Source of the DNA: Escherichia coli O157 typing phage 15
DNA: 64,000 nucleotides
Direction: 5' to 3' (one strand)
Sequence record: KP869113
The notes under the pieces are model-generated. The model made no database searches, was not told the DNA's origin, and saw only the letters and a list, made by a program, of their open reading frames with translations. Numbering within the stretch: the first letter of the stretch is position 1; every line of letters begins with the position of its first letter. This document shows, one piece after another, positions 1-9,109 of the stretch. The translations under genes were made by a program, and so were the position numbers.

Positions 1-299
1 TCTCTTCCTAATACATGGTAAGAGAAGTTATAAGCTTTGTTTCTCCAGAGCCATCCAACTCTCTGCATGTAGACACCAAGCTTACCAATCTTTCTAATCT
101 TAGCCCATCGTTTGATATGACCTGCATCACCATCAATTGGGTTGTCATAAGTCTCCATCCATCTGAACCCGAAAGGTAAGTGTCCTTTCTTCTCACTGTA
201 GAATGGAACTACAAAAGGTGCTAAGATAACTGCTAAGATTGCTGCAAATGGCTCTAACAAAGCTAAGAAAATCCATGAAGCATACTTTAAGTATCTCAT
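1..299 (-). CDS. Membrane protein, 3' end runs off window; same gene as 29027..29362
   Basis: ATG at 299..297; hand translation MRYLKYASWIFLALLEPFAAILAVILAPFVV... has an N-terminal hydrophobic helix; window 1-76 is identical to 29286-29362, where the frame continues into ORF 29027..29353. Confidence 0.45.
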   Translation of the reverse strand, partial: MRYLKYASWIFLALLEPFAAILAVILAPFVVPFYSEKKGHLPFGFRWMETYDNPIDGDAGHIKRWAKIRKIGKLGVYMQRVGWLWRNKAYNFSYHVLGR

Positions 300-538
300 T
301 GTCTAATCCTCGTAAGGAGGTAAATGTTATTATTCGTTTCTAAACCTTCTGGTAAAACTGTCTCAAAAATAACACTCTTCAGATGTCTACCACCAAAACA
401 ATCACGTATAAAGCTTTCTACTCTAGCGGGGTCACATAAGTATCCCACTTTTAAGAAAATGTGGTGTTCAACACCAATGACCCTGACAAACTCAATACTC
501 TCACAGTTTTCATGTTCAACTACTGTTAATGTTTGCAT
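296..538 (-). CDS. Hypothetical protein (80 aa)
   Basis: Complete ORF in supplied track, same strand as and abutting the membrane-protein gene; no recognisable motif. Confidence 0.35.
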   Translation of the reverse strand: MQTLTVVEHENCESIEFVRVIGVEHHIFLKVGYLCDPARVESFIRDCFGGRHLKSVIFETVLPEGLETNNNIYLLTRIRQ

Positions 539-555
539 AGTATCACCTTTTTATC

Positions 556-631
556 TGGCGCAGGATAAGGGATTCGAACCCCTATTAACAGCTTCGTAGA
601 CTGTTGCTCTTTCCATTTGAACTAATCCTGC
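556..631 (-). tRNA. tRNA-Arg (anticodon ACG)
   Basis: Hand-folded cloverleaf: 7-bp acceptor, T-arm GGGGTTCGAATCCC, anticodon stem ACAGT/GCTGT, loop CTACGAA, encoded CCA. Confidence 0.7.
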
Positions 632-636
632 AAAAT

Positions 637-715
637 TGGTGTTCCAAGACGGATTCGAACCGTCACTAATACAAGGTTTGAGCTTGCATCCTCTGCCAAT
701 TGGGATACTGGAACA
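637..715 (-). tRNA. tRNA-Leu (anticodon CAA), tentative; short variable arm
   Basis: Acceptor GTTCCAG/TTGGAAC, T-arm GACGGTTCGAATCCGTC, anticodon loop CTCAAAC; only 78-79 nt, no long extra arm. Confidence 0.5.
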
Positions 716-790
716 TGGTACTCACTAAAGGACTTGAACCTTTTTCTTCATCTTGTAAGGGTGATGTTTTACCATATAAACTAAGCGAGT
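716..790 (-). tRNA. tRNA-Val (anticodon UAC)
   Basis: Acceptor ACTCGCT/AGTGAGT, T-arm AAAGGTTCAAGTCCTTT, anticodon loop CTTACAA, CCA encoded; a 3'-truncated copy lies at 30083..30151. Confidence 0.6.
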
Positions 791-797
791 ATGAAAG

Positions 798-897
798 NNN
801 NNNNNNNNNNNNNNNNNNNNNNNNNNNNNNNNNNNNNNNNNNNNNNNNNNNNNNNNNNNNNNNNNNNNNNNNNNNNNNNNNNNNNNNNNNNNNNNNN
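798..897. other. Assembly gap (100 N)
   Basis: Run of N. Confidence 0.99.
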
Positions 898-1425
898 TTC
901 TAACAAGCCTTCTTAACAACCTATACAATCACCTTAACCATCTCTCTATACGCTCTTAGAAGCCTCTATACACCCCTTAATCTCTATGTCAGCTATGATA
1001 CTCTCTATAGGTGTTCACTAGGCACTACTAAGCCTCTATATAGACTGTTTTAACAAACTTAACAGGAATATCTTTACAGACCTTATCTCACAAGGTCTAA
1101 CACGGTACTAACAAGGTATCTTATAAGCCTGTTTCTACCTGTATTTTTAAAAGACTGTATAAGTAATTATTCAGAATTTTAAAATTTTTATAAAATAAGA
1201 CTGTCAAGTCATTTTTTAGGGTCTTTGAAGGAACTCAAAAATATCTGTAGAAGATGTATATCTGCTTGGTAGCCCTTAACAGCTCCCTTACAAGTACTTT
1301 GCAAAATTTTAAAATATCCTTAACAACATCTTAACAACTCTCTCAAGCTCTTAACATCTCTTCAAAGGTCTTAACAGTTTCTTAACAGAACTAACAAGGA
1401 TGTAACAGTTTCTTAACAGTTGATA

Positions 1426-1525
1426 NNNNNNNNNNNNNNNNNNNNNNNNNNNNNNNNNNNNNNNNNNNNNNNNNNNNNNNNNNNNNNNNNNNNNNNNNNN
1501 NNNNNNNNNNNNNNNNNNNNNNNNN
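1426..1525. other. Assembly gap (100 N) flanked by identical sequence
   Basis: About 78 bp TCTTAACATCTCTTCAAAGGTCTTAACAG... occurs immediately before and after the N run. Confidence 0.95.
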
Positions 1526-1907
1526 TCTTAACATCTCTTCAAAGGTCTTAACAGTTTCTTAACAGAACTAACAAGGATGTAACAGTTTCTTAACAGTTGA
1601 TACATAGACTTTACAGAATCTTAACAGATGACTAACAAGAGCTAACAAGTTAATTTTAAAGAGTTATTTTGTAGGGATTGGTAACAATACCAATTAAGAT
1701 AATTAACAAGTTCCTAACAAGTGTTTAATCTTTTTAACAAGCTATTAACATGGTCACTATCTCTTTTCTTATCGTTCCCTTTCTCTCTTAGTGATTCTCT
1801 AAACATACCTCTTAAAAGCTCTCTATAACTCTTTATAAGCTCTTTTAAGCCTCTTCCTAGTATTTACCCCTCAACTGTATGGATAGCTCTTTATAGGGCT
1901 TTACAGG

Positions 1908-2007
1908 NNNNNNNNNNNNNNNNNNNNNNNNNNNNNNNNNNNNNNNNNNNNNNNNNNNNNNNNNNNNNNNNNNNNNNNNNNNNNNNNNNNNNNNNNNNNN
2001 NNNNNNN
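1908..2007. other. Assembly gap (100 N) flanked by identical sequence
   Basis: About 80 bp CTTTATAAGCTCTTTTAAGCCTCTTCCTAG... occurs on both sides. Confidence 0.95.
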
Positions 2008-2733
2008 CTTTATAAGCTCTTTTAAGCCTCTTCCTAGTATTTACCCCTCAACTGTATGGATAGCTCTTTATAGGGCTTTACAGGAGCTTTTAAGGCTATG
2101 TCAAAGGTTCTTACAAGGCTTTTACGTGGTCTTAACAGAGATTTAACAAGGGGCTAACAAGTTGCTAACAAGTGCCTTAAAAGCATAACTATGTAGGGAT
2201 TGTTAAGAAATTGTTAAGAAAATGTTAAGGGGGCTAGCATTTACGTAACTTTTAAGCTACTTCAAAGTAACTTTATAGCCCCTATAACATACTTTTAAGA
2301 CACTAACAAGCCCTTTTTAGTAGTTCACAAGATAGCTAACGAGATGATAAAGCTCACACCCTTATAAGATTCTTTTAAGGCTCTAGAAAGCTCTATAAAG
2401 GGCTTTTTAGAGTGGGTTAATATGATTGCTTAAGTTAGGTTGATAAGGCTGTTATAGGGCTTTATAGAGCGTTTAAATGGTTGCCCTTCCCTTTCGGGTT
2501 ATGGGCTTATATTTAAGTTGATTTGATAAGGGGTTATAGAGTAAGCTATAGAGTTATTGCTTTTAAGGTACGGGATAGATTCTAGGAAGGAAAGGAAAGG
2601 GATTGTATAGAGTCTCTTTATAGACGTAAAAAAGCCCCTATGAGAAGGAGCTTTTCAGGTATCTGGGGCTATTTAGCCCCGCTGCGTCGATTAGTTGTAA
2701 CCTTGTTTGCTGTAGTACAGAGAGACAATCAAG

Positions 2734-2833
2734 NNNNNNNNNNNNNNNNNNNNNNNNNNNNNNNNNNNNNNNNNNNNNNNNNNNNNNNNNNNNNNNNNNN
2801 NNNNNNNNNNNNNNNNNNNNNNNNNNNNNNNNN
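2734..2833. other. Assembly gap (100 N) inside the thymidylate synthase gene
   Basis: Run of N; the ThyA-like frame is open from the first base after the gap. Confidence 0.95.
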
Positions 2834-3496
2834 ACTTGGGGTGAAAATGATGGGGAACGCTGGACTATCTGGTCAGATGATTTTAAACGCTGGTTAAGTT
2901 CTAATTATTCTTCTGAACAAGATTGGTTAGAAGATGCAGGTGGGAGAATCTATGGGGTTCAGTGGAGAAACTTTGAAGGTCATAATGGTTGTGTTGTAGA
3001 CCAGCTAGAGGCCTTAGTAACGAAGATGAAGGGTGATATCACAGACCGTTACATGCTTGTTAATGCTTGGAATGCAGCAGATATTGCAGCAAACTCAATG
3101 GCTTTAGCACCTTGTCATGTTCTGTTTCAGATTTATATCACTAATGAGGGTGAAGTTGACTTACAGTGGTATCAACGTTCAGTAGACACCTTTTTAGGAC
3201 TTCCGTTTAATATTGCGTCTTATGGTTTCATCTTAGAAGTTCTTTGTAAGATGACTGGATACACTCCACGGTACTTGATAGGTGTCTTTGGAGATACTCA
3301 GATTTATCAGAACCATATGAAACAGGTTTATGAACTGATGAACAATGAAGAGTTCCATGCACCTACTTTTGAGATTGGTGTACAGCTTAACACCCTGAGT
3401 GACCTGAAACATCTTACTGCAAGTGATTTTATTGGTGGTATTAACAACTACCAACATGCAGGGAAGATTGAAGCACCTCTGTCAGTAGGTAAGTAA
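2834..3496 (+). CDS. thyA: Thymidylate synthase family protein (ThyA-like), 5' end lost in gap
   Basis: Translation carries ThyA hallmarks: YGVQWR, AWN, ALAPCH (catalytic Cys), QRSVDTFLGLPFNIASY, GDTQIY-NH; frame open from 2834; about 80 N-terminal residues missing. Confidence 0.8.
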   Translation, partial: TWGENDGERWTIWSDDFKRWLSSNYSSEQDWLEDAGGRIYGVQWRNFEGHNGCVVDQLEALVTKMKGDITDRYMLVNAWNAADIAANSMALAPCHVLFQIYITNEGEVDLQWYQRSVDTFLGLPFNIASYGFILEVLCKMTGYTPRYLIGVFGDTQIYQNHMKQVYELMNNEEFHAPTFEIGVQLNTLSDLKHLTASDFIGGINNYQHAGKIEAPLSVGK

Positions 3497-3504
3497 AAAC
3501 AAAA

Positions 3505-3540
3505 AAGGCTCCTTTTTACGGGAGCCTTAAATTTTATTTT
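3505..3540. terminator. Bidirectional rho-independent terminator between convergent thyA and the late operon
   Basis: GGCTCC-loop-GGAGCC hairpin flanked by A-run upstream and T-run downstream. Confidence 0.6.
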
Positions 3541-3905
3541 TCAGTATTCTTTGTGTTCTTTTCAGTAATAGCTTGCAAGGCTGATACTGATTGAGCCAGA
3601 TTGTTCACACTGTCAGAGAATTTATCAAGGGTTTTGGTAAGTTTTGCGTTTTCACCCTTAACATTCTCTAACTGAACTTTCTGGTTCTCCATCCCTAGCT
3701 GAATCAATCTCATGTCAGACTGTAAATCACGAATAGCTGAATAGTTACTTTTGGAATAATTATCTAGCTGCTGTAACTTTGTTGTGACAGACACTTCCTG
3801 CTTACCACTTGAGACTTGCATAGTGGTATACATCCCAATAACACTAAAAATACCAACTACAATTGCACCAATATTATTTTTAAAAGCTTCCTCTAGCCAC
3901 TTCAT
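3534..3905 (-). CDS. Membrane-anchored coiled-coil protein (123 aa)
   Basis: N-terminal hydrophobic helix IGAIVVGIFSVIGMY, then Q/K/E-rich helical region; last gene of the tail operon. Confidence 0.45.
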   Translation of the reverse strand: MKWLEEAFKNNIGAIVVGIFSVIGMYTTMQVSSGKQEVSVTTKLQQLDNYSKSNYSAIRDLQSDMRLIQLGMENQKVQLENVKGENAKLTKTLDKFSDSVNNLAQSVSALQAITEKNTKNTEK

Positions 3906-4100
3906 TTATTTCTCCCCCTTAAAAGCTTTTTCTAAGTTATCTACGAACTCATCATCAATAGGTGTATCTGTTTTACTCGCAAGGTATCTTGCAAGCTTAA
4001 AGAACACTTTCTCAATCATGTATTCACTTAGAAGGGATAAAATGAGTTTCCAGAAGAAGCTACCTAGATTTTTTAGAAGAATTGCTAGGATTGTAGACAT
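3906..4100 (-). CDS. Small membrane protein (64 aa), possible holin-like
   Basis: Hydrophobic segment ILAILLKNLGSFFWKLILSLL with charged C-terminus; function not established. Confidence 0.35.
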   Translation of the reverse strand: MSTILAILLKNLGSFFWKLILSLLSEYMIEKVFFKLARYLASKTDTPIDDEFVDNLEKAFKGEK

Positions 4101-4179
4101 TTAATCACCTCATCAGCCAAGATGGTGAGAATACCCATAAAGAATATTAACACCATCTTAACAATCAGTCAACAAGGGA

Positions 4180-6795
4180 TTAAGCAGTTCTTACCCAAGC
4201 CATTAACTTATAGAACTGGTTAGTAACACTAAATGCAGAACCAGAACCAGTACCACCTGTGTTACCGCTAACTGTGTGGCTGTGAGCACCAATATCAACA
4301 GTGTGGCTGTGGTTACCTGTTGTATTCGTTACACCAGACCAGTTTCTTGATGCGTTGAAGTTGACAGGGATACCATTAGTAAAGTTGTTACCAGTATACC
4401 CTTTAGAACCTGCCTGACTACCGAGGTAGAATGCACCACTTGCTGTGTAGAAGCTACTAGCGTCACTTCTGAAGTAACCAAATGAACCAGTAATCTCCAT
4501 AGTACCTCTGTTGTGGTTGTGGTTACCAGTTGTGCTAGAAGTCTTAGTACCATAGTCAAATGATGAAGTAGTAGCAGAGAAGCTGTGCGTGTGTGAAGGT
4601 AAGTTACCAACAGACAACGTTACAGAGTCTGAACCACCAGTTGTAGCAACATCTGAACCGTTTGCTGCTGCAATTCTAATAGTTCTACCAACACCATTAT
4701 TCAGGTACGTCCAAGTTAACCCAGGAAGTGCTGTGTTTGGGTTGACATTACTGTTAAACCACGTCACAATACCTACTGGATAGATTTTATTCAGGTCTGT
4801 AGAGTCACTAATTGCTTCTGCAATCTTCTGGTCAGTCTCTGCTTTAGTGTATGCACCAATATCTGAAGGGGTTGGTTTTTGCAAACTTGTGTAGTATTTT
4901 GCAATTGTACCCTTCACAATACCTTGTGGAGCATCATCAAATGTCTGTGGGACTTCAAACAACTGTACACTTGCATTACTAGAAGACTGAACCCTTGTCG
5001 TTGTGCTGTTTTGATACGTACCAGCAAGATAGTAAATATCATAGGTGTCTCCAGAAGTATTCACATAACCAATATCCCTGACAATGGTGTTCTCTGATGT
5101 TCTCCAAGCAACAACATTTAAGCCCTTTGGATTGTTATTTGAAGTTCGCAGAACAATTTCACATTTACCTGCTTGGTTTGGTGTATTAATATTAAAACCT
5201 GACCCACCAAATACCTCAATAACAGCAGTGGATGCTGATTGTGGCATCACAACAGTGGCAATTTTAGCCCACTTATCAGTGTTTCCCACATTGAAGCTAG
5301 TGCTTCTGATTCTTAGGTATCTACTATCACTAGCACTTTGCGTAAAGTATCTAGCATCTAAGTTAGAGAAATCTGAAGGTTGAACTTGTCCAGCAATAGT
5401 CAATGTTTTGTTAATGTATGATGTTGTATTCCCGAGAACCAATTGGGTTCCAGAATAACTGTTATTTAGGGTAACATCATTCGTGTCAGCACCACCAACA
5501 CCAATCCACCATCTTGATACATTAGTAGTGTCCACACCACGAATATATAATGGTCTATTCTGAGTAGAGTTTTTAACAATCAGACCTTCATTATCCGTAA
5601 CAACTGTCTGTACACCATTAAAAGTATTCCTTGCATTAGTTCTTGCAATCGTACTTAATGTTGCTACCGGAATATATCTAGAGTCAATGTTAGCCCAATC
5701 TGAAGGTTGGACTTGTCCAGTGATTTGCACAGTTTTATTGATACCAATAGTAGTACCTAGTGAAACCTGTGAACCTGTAAGGTAGTTATAAATGTTTAGA
5801 CGTGTCTCGTCAGAATCTGTACCAACATACCATTTATTTGTTCCATCAGACTTCTTACCGAGAATGTAAAGTGCTGTATTTGCATCAGTATTCTGCAAAG
5901 TAATGGCATTAGCATTCTTCTTAGCAACAAGGTTAGTGAAAGTGTTAGCACCTGTAAAAGTATTATTGCCAGCTAACTGTGCAAATCTCTGATTAGCTGC
6001 CGTCTGAGTAAAGTATCTAGCATCTAAGTTAGAGAAATCAGAAGGCTGAACTTGACCAGTGATTGCTAAAGACTTATTAACAGAGATATTACTTGCAACA
6101 GTCAAGACTGAGTTGTATTTGCTATTGTACAGCTTTACTTCGTCAGAGCCATTACTACCAATACCAACCCACCATCTAGCCGAACCATCTAGGTTTACAC
6201 CTTCAATATATTGTGCATTATTTGCATTTTGGTTTCTAAGGCGAAGTAAGTTAGCATCACCTTGAATGTTCTGAGTCCCAGAGAATGTGTTTGTGATAGC
6301 AAGTCTTGCATATCTTGCGTCATTCTCTTCATTAGTTCTCATACCAAGCTCATTAGGACTTGGCTTATTCAGAGTATGATAAACAGTTGCTGACCTTGAA
6401 GCATCTGCAATAGTTAGTTTAAGACCACTTGCGTTAAGTTTAAAAGTCTTTAAAACATCCCCAATAGTAATCTCAGAAGAACCTGTAGGGTCAAATACTG
6501 CCTTACCACCGTAAAGTAACTTGACAATACCTAAATCCCCCGTCATAGTGCTTCCAGCAATCTGAACAAACCTTTCTAGTTTGAAGGAAGCTAAGAAGTC
6601 TTGATAGGTCATTCTACGGTCTTCGTCACCCAACATTTCAGGTCTTTTCTTAACTCTGATGTGCAATAGGTCTTCTGAACGAATTGTGTCGATTGAGTTT
6701 AACTGACTCAATTTGTAATCTGCCATTATGAATTTTCCTCTTAAAAGGGGCTTTATAGCCCCTGTAAAGAAATTAAGCTGTTCTCTGCCACACAT
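4180..6795 (-). CDS. Long tail fibre protein (871 aa) with internal repeats and HxH tip
   Basis: Three about 100-aa repeats (NKxLxITGQVQPSDFSNLDARYFTQ); C-terminal HTHS/HSHT motifs (GNHSHTVDIGAHSHTV); C-terminus shared with the 6773..7948 protein. Confidence 0.7.
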   Translation of the reverse strand: MCGREQLNFFTGAIKPLLRGKFIMADYKLSQLNSIDTIRSEDLLHIRVKKRPEMLGDEDRRMTYQDFLASFKLERFVQIAGSTMTGDLGIVKLLYGGKAVFDPTGSSEITIGDVLKTFKLNASGLKLTIADASRSATVYHTLNKPSPNELGMRTNEENDARYARLAITNTFSGTQNIQGDANLLRLRNQNANNAQYIEGVNLDGSARWWVGIGSNGSDEVKLYNSKYNSVLTVASNISVNKSLAITGQVQPSDFSNLDARYFTQTAANQRFAQLAGNNTFTGANTFTNLVAKKNANAITLQNTDANTALYILGKKSDGTNKWYVGTDSDETRLNIYNYLTGSQVSLGTTIGINKTVQITGQVQPSDWANIDSRYIPVATLSTIARTNARNTFNGVQTVVTDNEGLIVKNSTQNRPLYIRGVDTTNVSRWWIGVGGADTNDVTLNNSYSGTQLVLGNTTSYINKTLTIAGQVQPSDFSNLDARYFTQSASDSRYLRIRSTSFNVGNTDKWAKIATVVMPQSASTAVIEVFGGSGFNINTPNQAGKCEIVLRTSNNNPKGLNVVAWRTSENTIVRDIGYVNTSGDTYDIYYLAGTYQNSTTTRVQSSSNASVQLFEVPQTFDDAPQGIVKGTIAKYYTSLQKPTPSDIGAYTKAETDQKIAEAISDSTDLNKIYPVGIVTWFNSNVNPNTALPGLTWTYLNNGVGRTIRIAAANGSDVATTGGSDSVTLSVGNLPSHTHSFSATTSSFDYGTKTSSTTGNHNHNRGTMEITGSFGYFRSDASSFYTASGAFYLGSQAGSKGYTGNNFTNGIPVNFNASRNWSGVTNTTGNHSHTVDIGAHSHTVSGNTGGTGSGSAFSVTNQFYKLMAWVRTA

Positions 6796-7948
6796 ACACT
6801 ACAAAAGATGGCTGCTCAACACTGAAAGCTTGACCACCACCAACAGAACCAGATGTCCCTGAGTGTGTATGCTCAGAGCTAGAAACAGTAACAGTGCCTG
6901 TATGACTGTGCGAACCAATATTAACAGTGTGGCTGTGAGCACCAATTGCGACAGTATGGCTATGAGCACCAGATGATGCAGTTGTACCTGAGAAGCTATG
7001 GGTGTGAGCACCAGCTAAATCAGTATACATAGCATTACCAACACCAGCATCAGCAGATGCAGTAATAGCGTTTGTGCCACCCCTATCATTACCCCTCATA
7101 GGGACTCTATGGTTGTGGTTACCAGCATTACTTGTTGTGCCACTAAACGTGTGAGTGTGAGCACCAGCACTATTAGTCGTTTTTGTACCGTAATCAAAAG
7201 TTGATGTACTTTTTGAACCATAATCAAAACTAGAGATAGATACACTTGCAGAGTGTGTATGACCACCACCTGTTAGATAGATAGAGTGAGTATGTGCTGG
7301 TAAATTATTATTTGTTAATGCTACAGTCTGAGAACCAAACGTTGAACCAACAGGTCTAGAATCTGTATCATAACCAACTAGTGCTCTACCTTTAGAAACT
7401 AACTCCCAAGTACCTCCACAAAGCAAGTAAGTGGATGGGTTAGCAGAGTTAACAGATAGATGAATAGTCCCTACTGGATATGACGCTTGGATAGCTTTGT
7501 ATAAATTATTAACTGCTTTCGCGGTAGCATACTTATCAGCATCTTCATTGTACAGATTAGATGTTGTCCAGTTCTGAACATTACTTAAACCAACCTGTGC
7601 TTTCGTTGTATTGTGTGGGTTACTTTTGTCGTCAATATGTTGCTGAATTAAGTTATTCACTTCCTCTGACGACATAATTTGTAGATTTGCTCTTGCCTCA
7701 GCAACACTTACAATATCTGACAAGTTATTAGCTGCAACTAATTGAAGAGAGTTAATAACATTATCAAGACCTACTTGTGATTTAGTTACACCATGAGGGT
7801 TATTCCTCAAAGATGCGTGAGGTGCTAACAACTGCTCAAGCGTACATCTTTTATCCTCAACACCTTGCTTAAGGTGGAAGATATCACTCAAATCAACTGG
7901 TAAGGCCGCTTGTGGCAAGGCACTAATTTGAATTTCACCTACTGCCAT
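6773..7948 (-). CDS. Tail fibre protein (391 aa) with fibre repeats, collar-like domain and HxH repeats
   Basis: NPHGVTKSQVGLDNV / NPHNTTKAQVGLSNV repeats; YPVG...LLCGGT collar-like motif; many AHTHS/AHSHT repeats; C-terminus ...YVWQRTA parallels the 871-aa fibre. Confidence 0.7.
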   Translation of the reverse strand: MAVGEIQISALPQAALPVDLSDIFHLKQGVEDKRCTLEQLLAPHASLRNNPHGVTKSQVGLDNVINSLQLVAANNLSDIVSVAEARANLQIMSSEEVNNLIQQHIDDKSNPHNTTKAQVGLSNVQNWTTSNLYNEDADKYATAKAVNNLYKAIQASYPVGTIHLSVNSANPSTYLLCGGTWELVSKGRALVGYDTDSRPVGSTFGSQTVALTNNNLPAHTHSIYLTGGGHTHSASVSISSFDYGSKSTSTFDYGTKTTNSAGAHTHTFSGTTSNAGNHNHRVPMRGNDRGGTNAITASADAGVGNAMYTDLAGAHTHSFSGTTASSGAHSHTVAIGAHSHTVNIGSHSHTGTVTVSSSEHTHSGTSGSVGGGQAFSVEQPSFVVYVWQRTA

Positions 7949-7950
7949 TA

Positions 7951-8253
7951 TTAAGCTCCTACATATTCATATGTGTAAAGGTTTCTTGTACTTGTTGATG
8001 CAGTCCCTGTCTCAGACTTAATGAGATTCCAGCCATTAGCCACTAAATCTGGTTGCTCAGTTGCATATGAACGAACTTCACCAACAGTGCCATTTACTTT
8101 ATTCAGCAGGTAGTTGATAATATAGTTGAACCACTGTCTACCCATAGGCTCACCCTTTAAAAGACCTGTCTCTTGAACTTCCGGTGGTGGTAAAACTTTT
8201 AACTGATTACCATCAGTATCTACTTCGTTTGTAGACCAATTTAGAACTGCCAT
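7951..8253 (-). CDS. Tail fibre / baseplate-associated protein (100 aa)
   Basis: Position between baseplate genes and fibre; translationally coupled. Confidence 0.4.
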   Translation of the reverse strand: MAVLNWSTNEVDTDGNQLKVLPPPEVQETGLLKGEPMGRQWFNYIINYLLNKVNGTVGEVRSYATEQPDLVANGWNLIKSETGTASTSTRNLYTYEYVGA

Positions 8254-9107
8254 TAAGAATTTCCTTCTTGTTGTGATTTATCTTTTCTGCCTTTGACAAT
8301 TTGTGCAACCTCAGCCATGATTCCATATGCACCACCTGCAATAGCTTCTTTACCAGCAATGAAATAGCCACTATTATTAGACCTATCTACAGTCATATAA
8401 TCATCGCTCTGTGGGTTTGCTGTTCTGTCAACCTTAAAGTAACCATCAATAACACCAGCATCTGCAAGACTCCCTACTAGGTTGGACTCCAGAGAGCCAC
8501 CAGTGTTATTTGTTACCAGACCCCTGTTAGCATCAGTTACAAACCAGTTCTCTTTATCATCAACAATAGCAAGTGATGAATCAGCAACCTCTACAGGTGT
8601 CCAAGCAGTCCCATTTAAAGTAACATCTCTTAAGATAACAGCGGAACCAGTGGTTGTTGCAGAAATCTTTGACAGTGTATATGCAGCATCAAGAACGCTT
8701 TTTCTAGTATTAATACGGATAACGATACCACCAGTCTTAGGAGTAATATGCTCAAAAATCTGAGAGAAAGTTGCACCATACAATGTCATAATTGCTTTTT
8801 GCAAGAATGTTGGAGTAGTATCAGAACGTCTTAGGAAGATTTGGATATAAAGCATAGCTCTGTATGTTTCATCATCAGCACCTAAAGGTCTAGGAACTTT
8901 AATCAGTGAGCCAATATTATCAAGTTGTTGACCTACTGACGTCCTGATATTTCTCTCTGTGTGCATCTGCCAGCAAACATCCTCTAGTGTTTGTAGCTCA
9001 TCAGTGATTGCTTTCAAGATACTTGTATAGATAAATTTATCTTTAAACTGTGTTACAGTCCTTTCATCAAGTGTTTTATAATAAACACTATCAATCTTTT
9101 CAAACAT
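8253..9107 (-). CDS. Baseplate wedge protein (gpI / Mu gp48-like), by position
   Basis: 284 aa immediately downstream of the J-like baseplate gene. Confidence 0.45.
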   Translation of the reverse strand: MFEKIDSVYYKTLDERTVTQFKDKFIYTSILKAITDELQTLEDVCWQMHTERNIRTSVGQQLDNIGSLIKVPRPLGADDETYRAMLYIQIFLRRSDTTPTFLQKAIMTLYGATFSQIFEHITPKTGGIVIRINTRKSVLDAAYTLSKISATTTGSAVILRDVTLNGTAWTPVEVADSSLAIVDDKENWFVTDANRGLVTNNTGGSLESNLVGSLADAGVIDGYFKVDRTANPQSDDYMTVDRSNNSGYFIAGKEAIAGGAYGIMAEVAQIVKGRKDKSQQEGNS

Positions 9108-9109
9108 TA

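Larger units (their letters stand above)
898..2733. repeat. Non-coding pyrimidine-rich repeat region with iterated CTTAACAAG / CTAACAAG / CTTTATAG / CTTTTAAG words, interrupted by N gaps
   Basis: No long ORF; strong strand asymmetry (few G on plus strand); the same about 78-bp segments occur on both sides of the gaps at 1426-1525 and 1908-2007; 898-974 is an exact copy of 43881-43957. Confidence 0.7.

Noticed and set aside
324-599. Plus-strand ORF (91 aa) at window start
   Set aside because: Overlaps the minus-strand 80-aa gene and tRNA-Arg; it is an antisense shadow in a region whose genes are all on the minus strand.
700-928. ORFs 700..903 (+) and 725..928 (-) containing runs of X
   Set aside because: Translations run through the 100-N assembly gap; not real coding sequence.
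2640-2733. ORF 2640..2897 (+) as the N-terminus of thymidylate synthase
   Set aside because: Its pre-gap part (MRRSFSGIWGYL...) has no ThyA similarity and is in a different frame from the ThyA sequence after the gap; it more likely overlaps a GGGGCT..AGCCCC hairpin in non-coding DNA.
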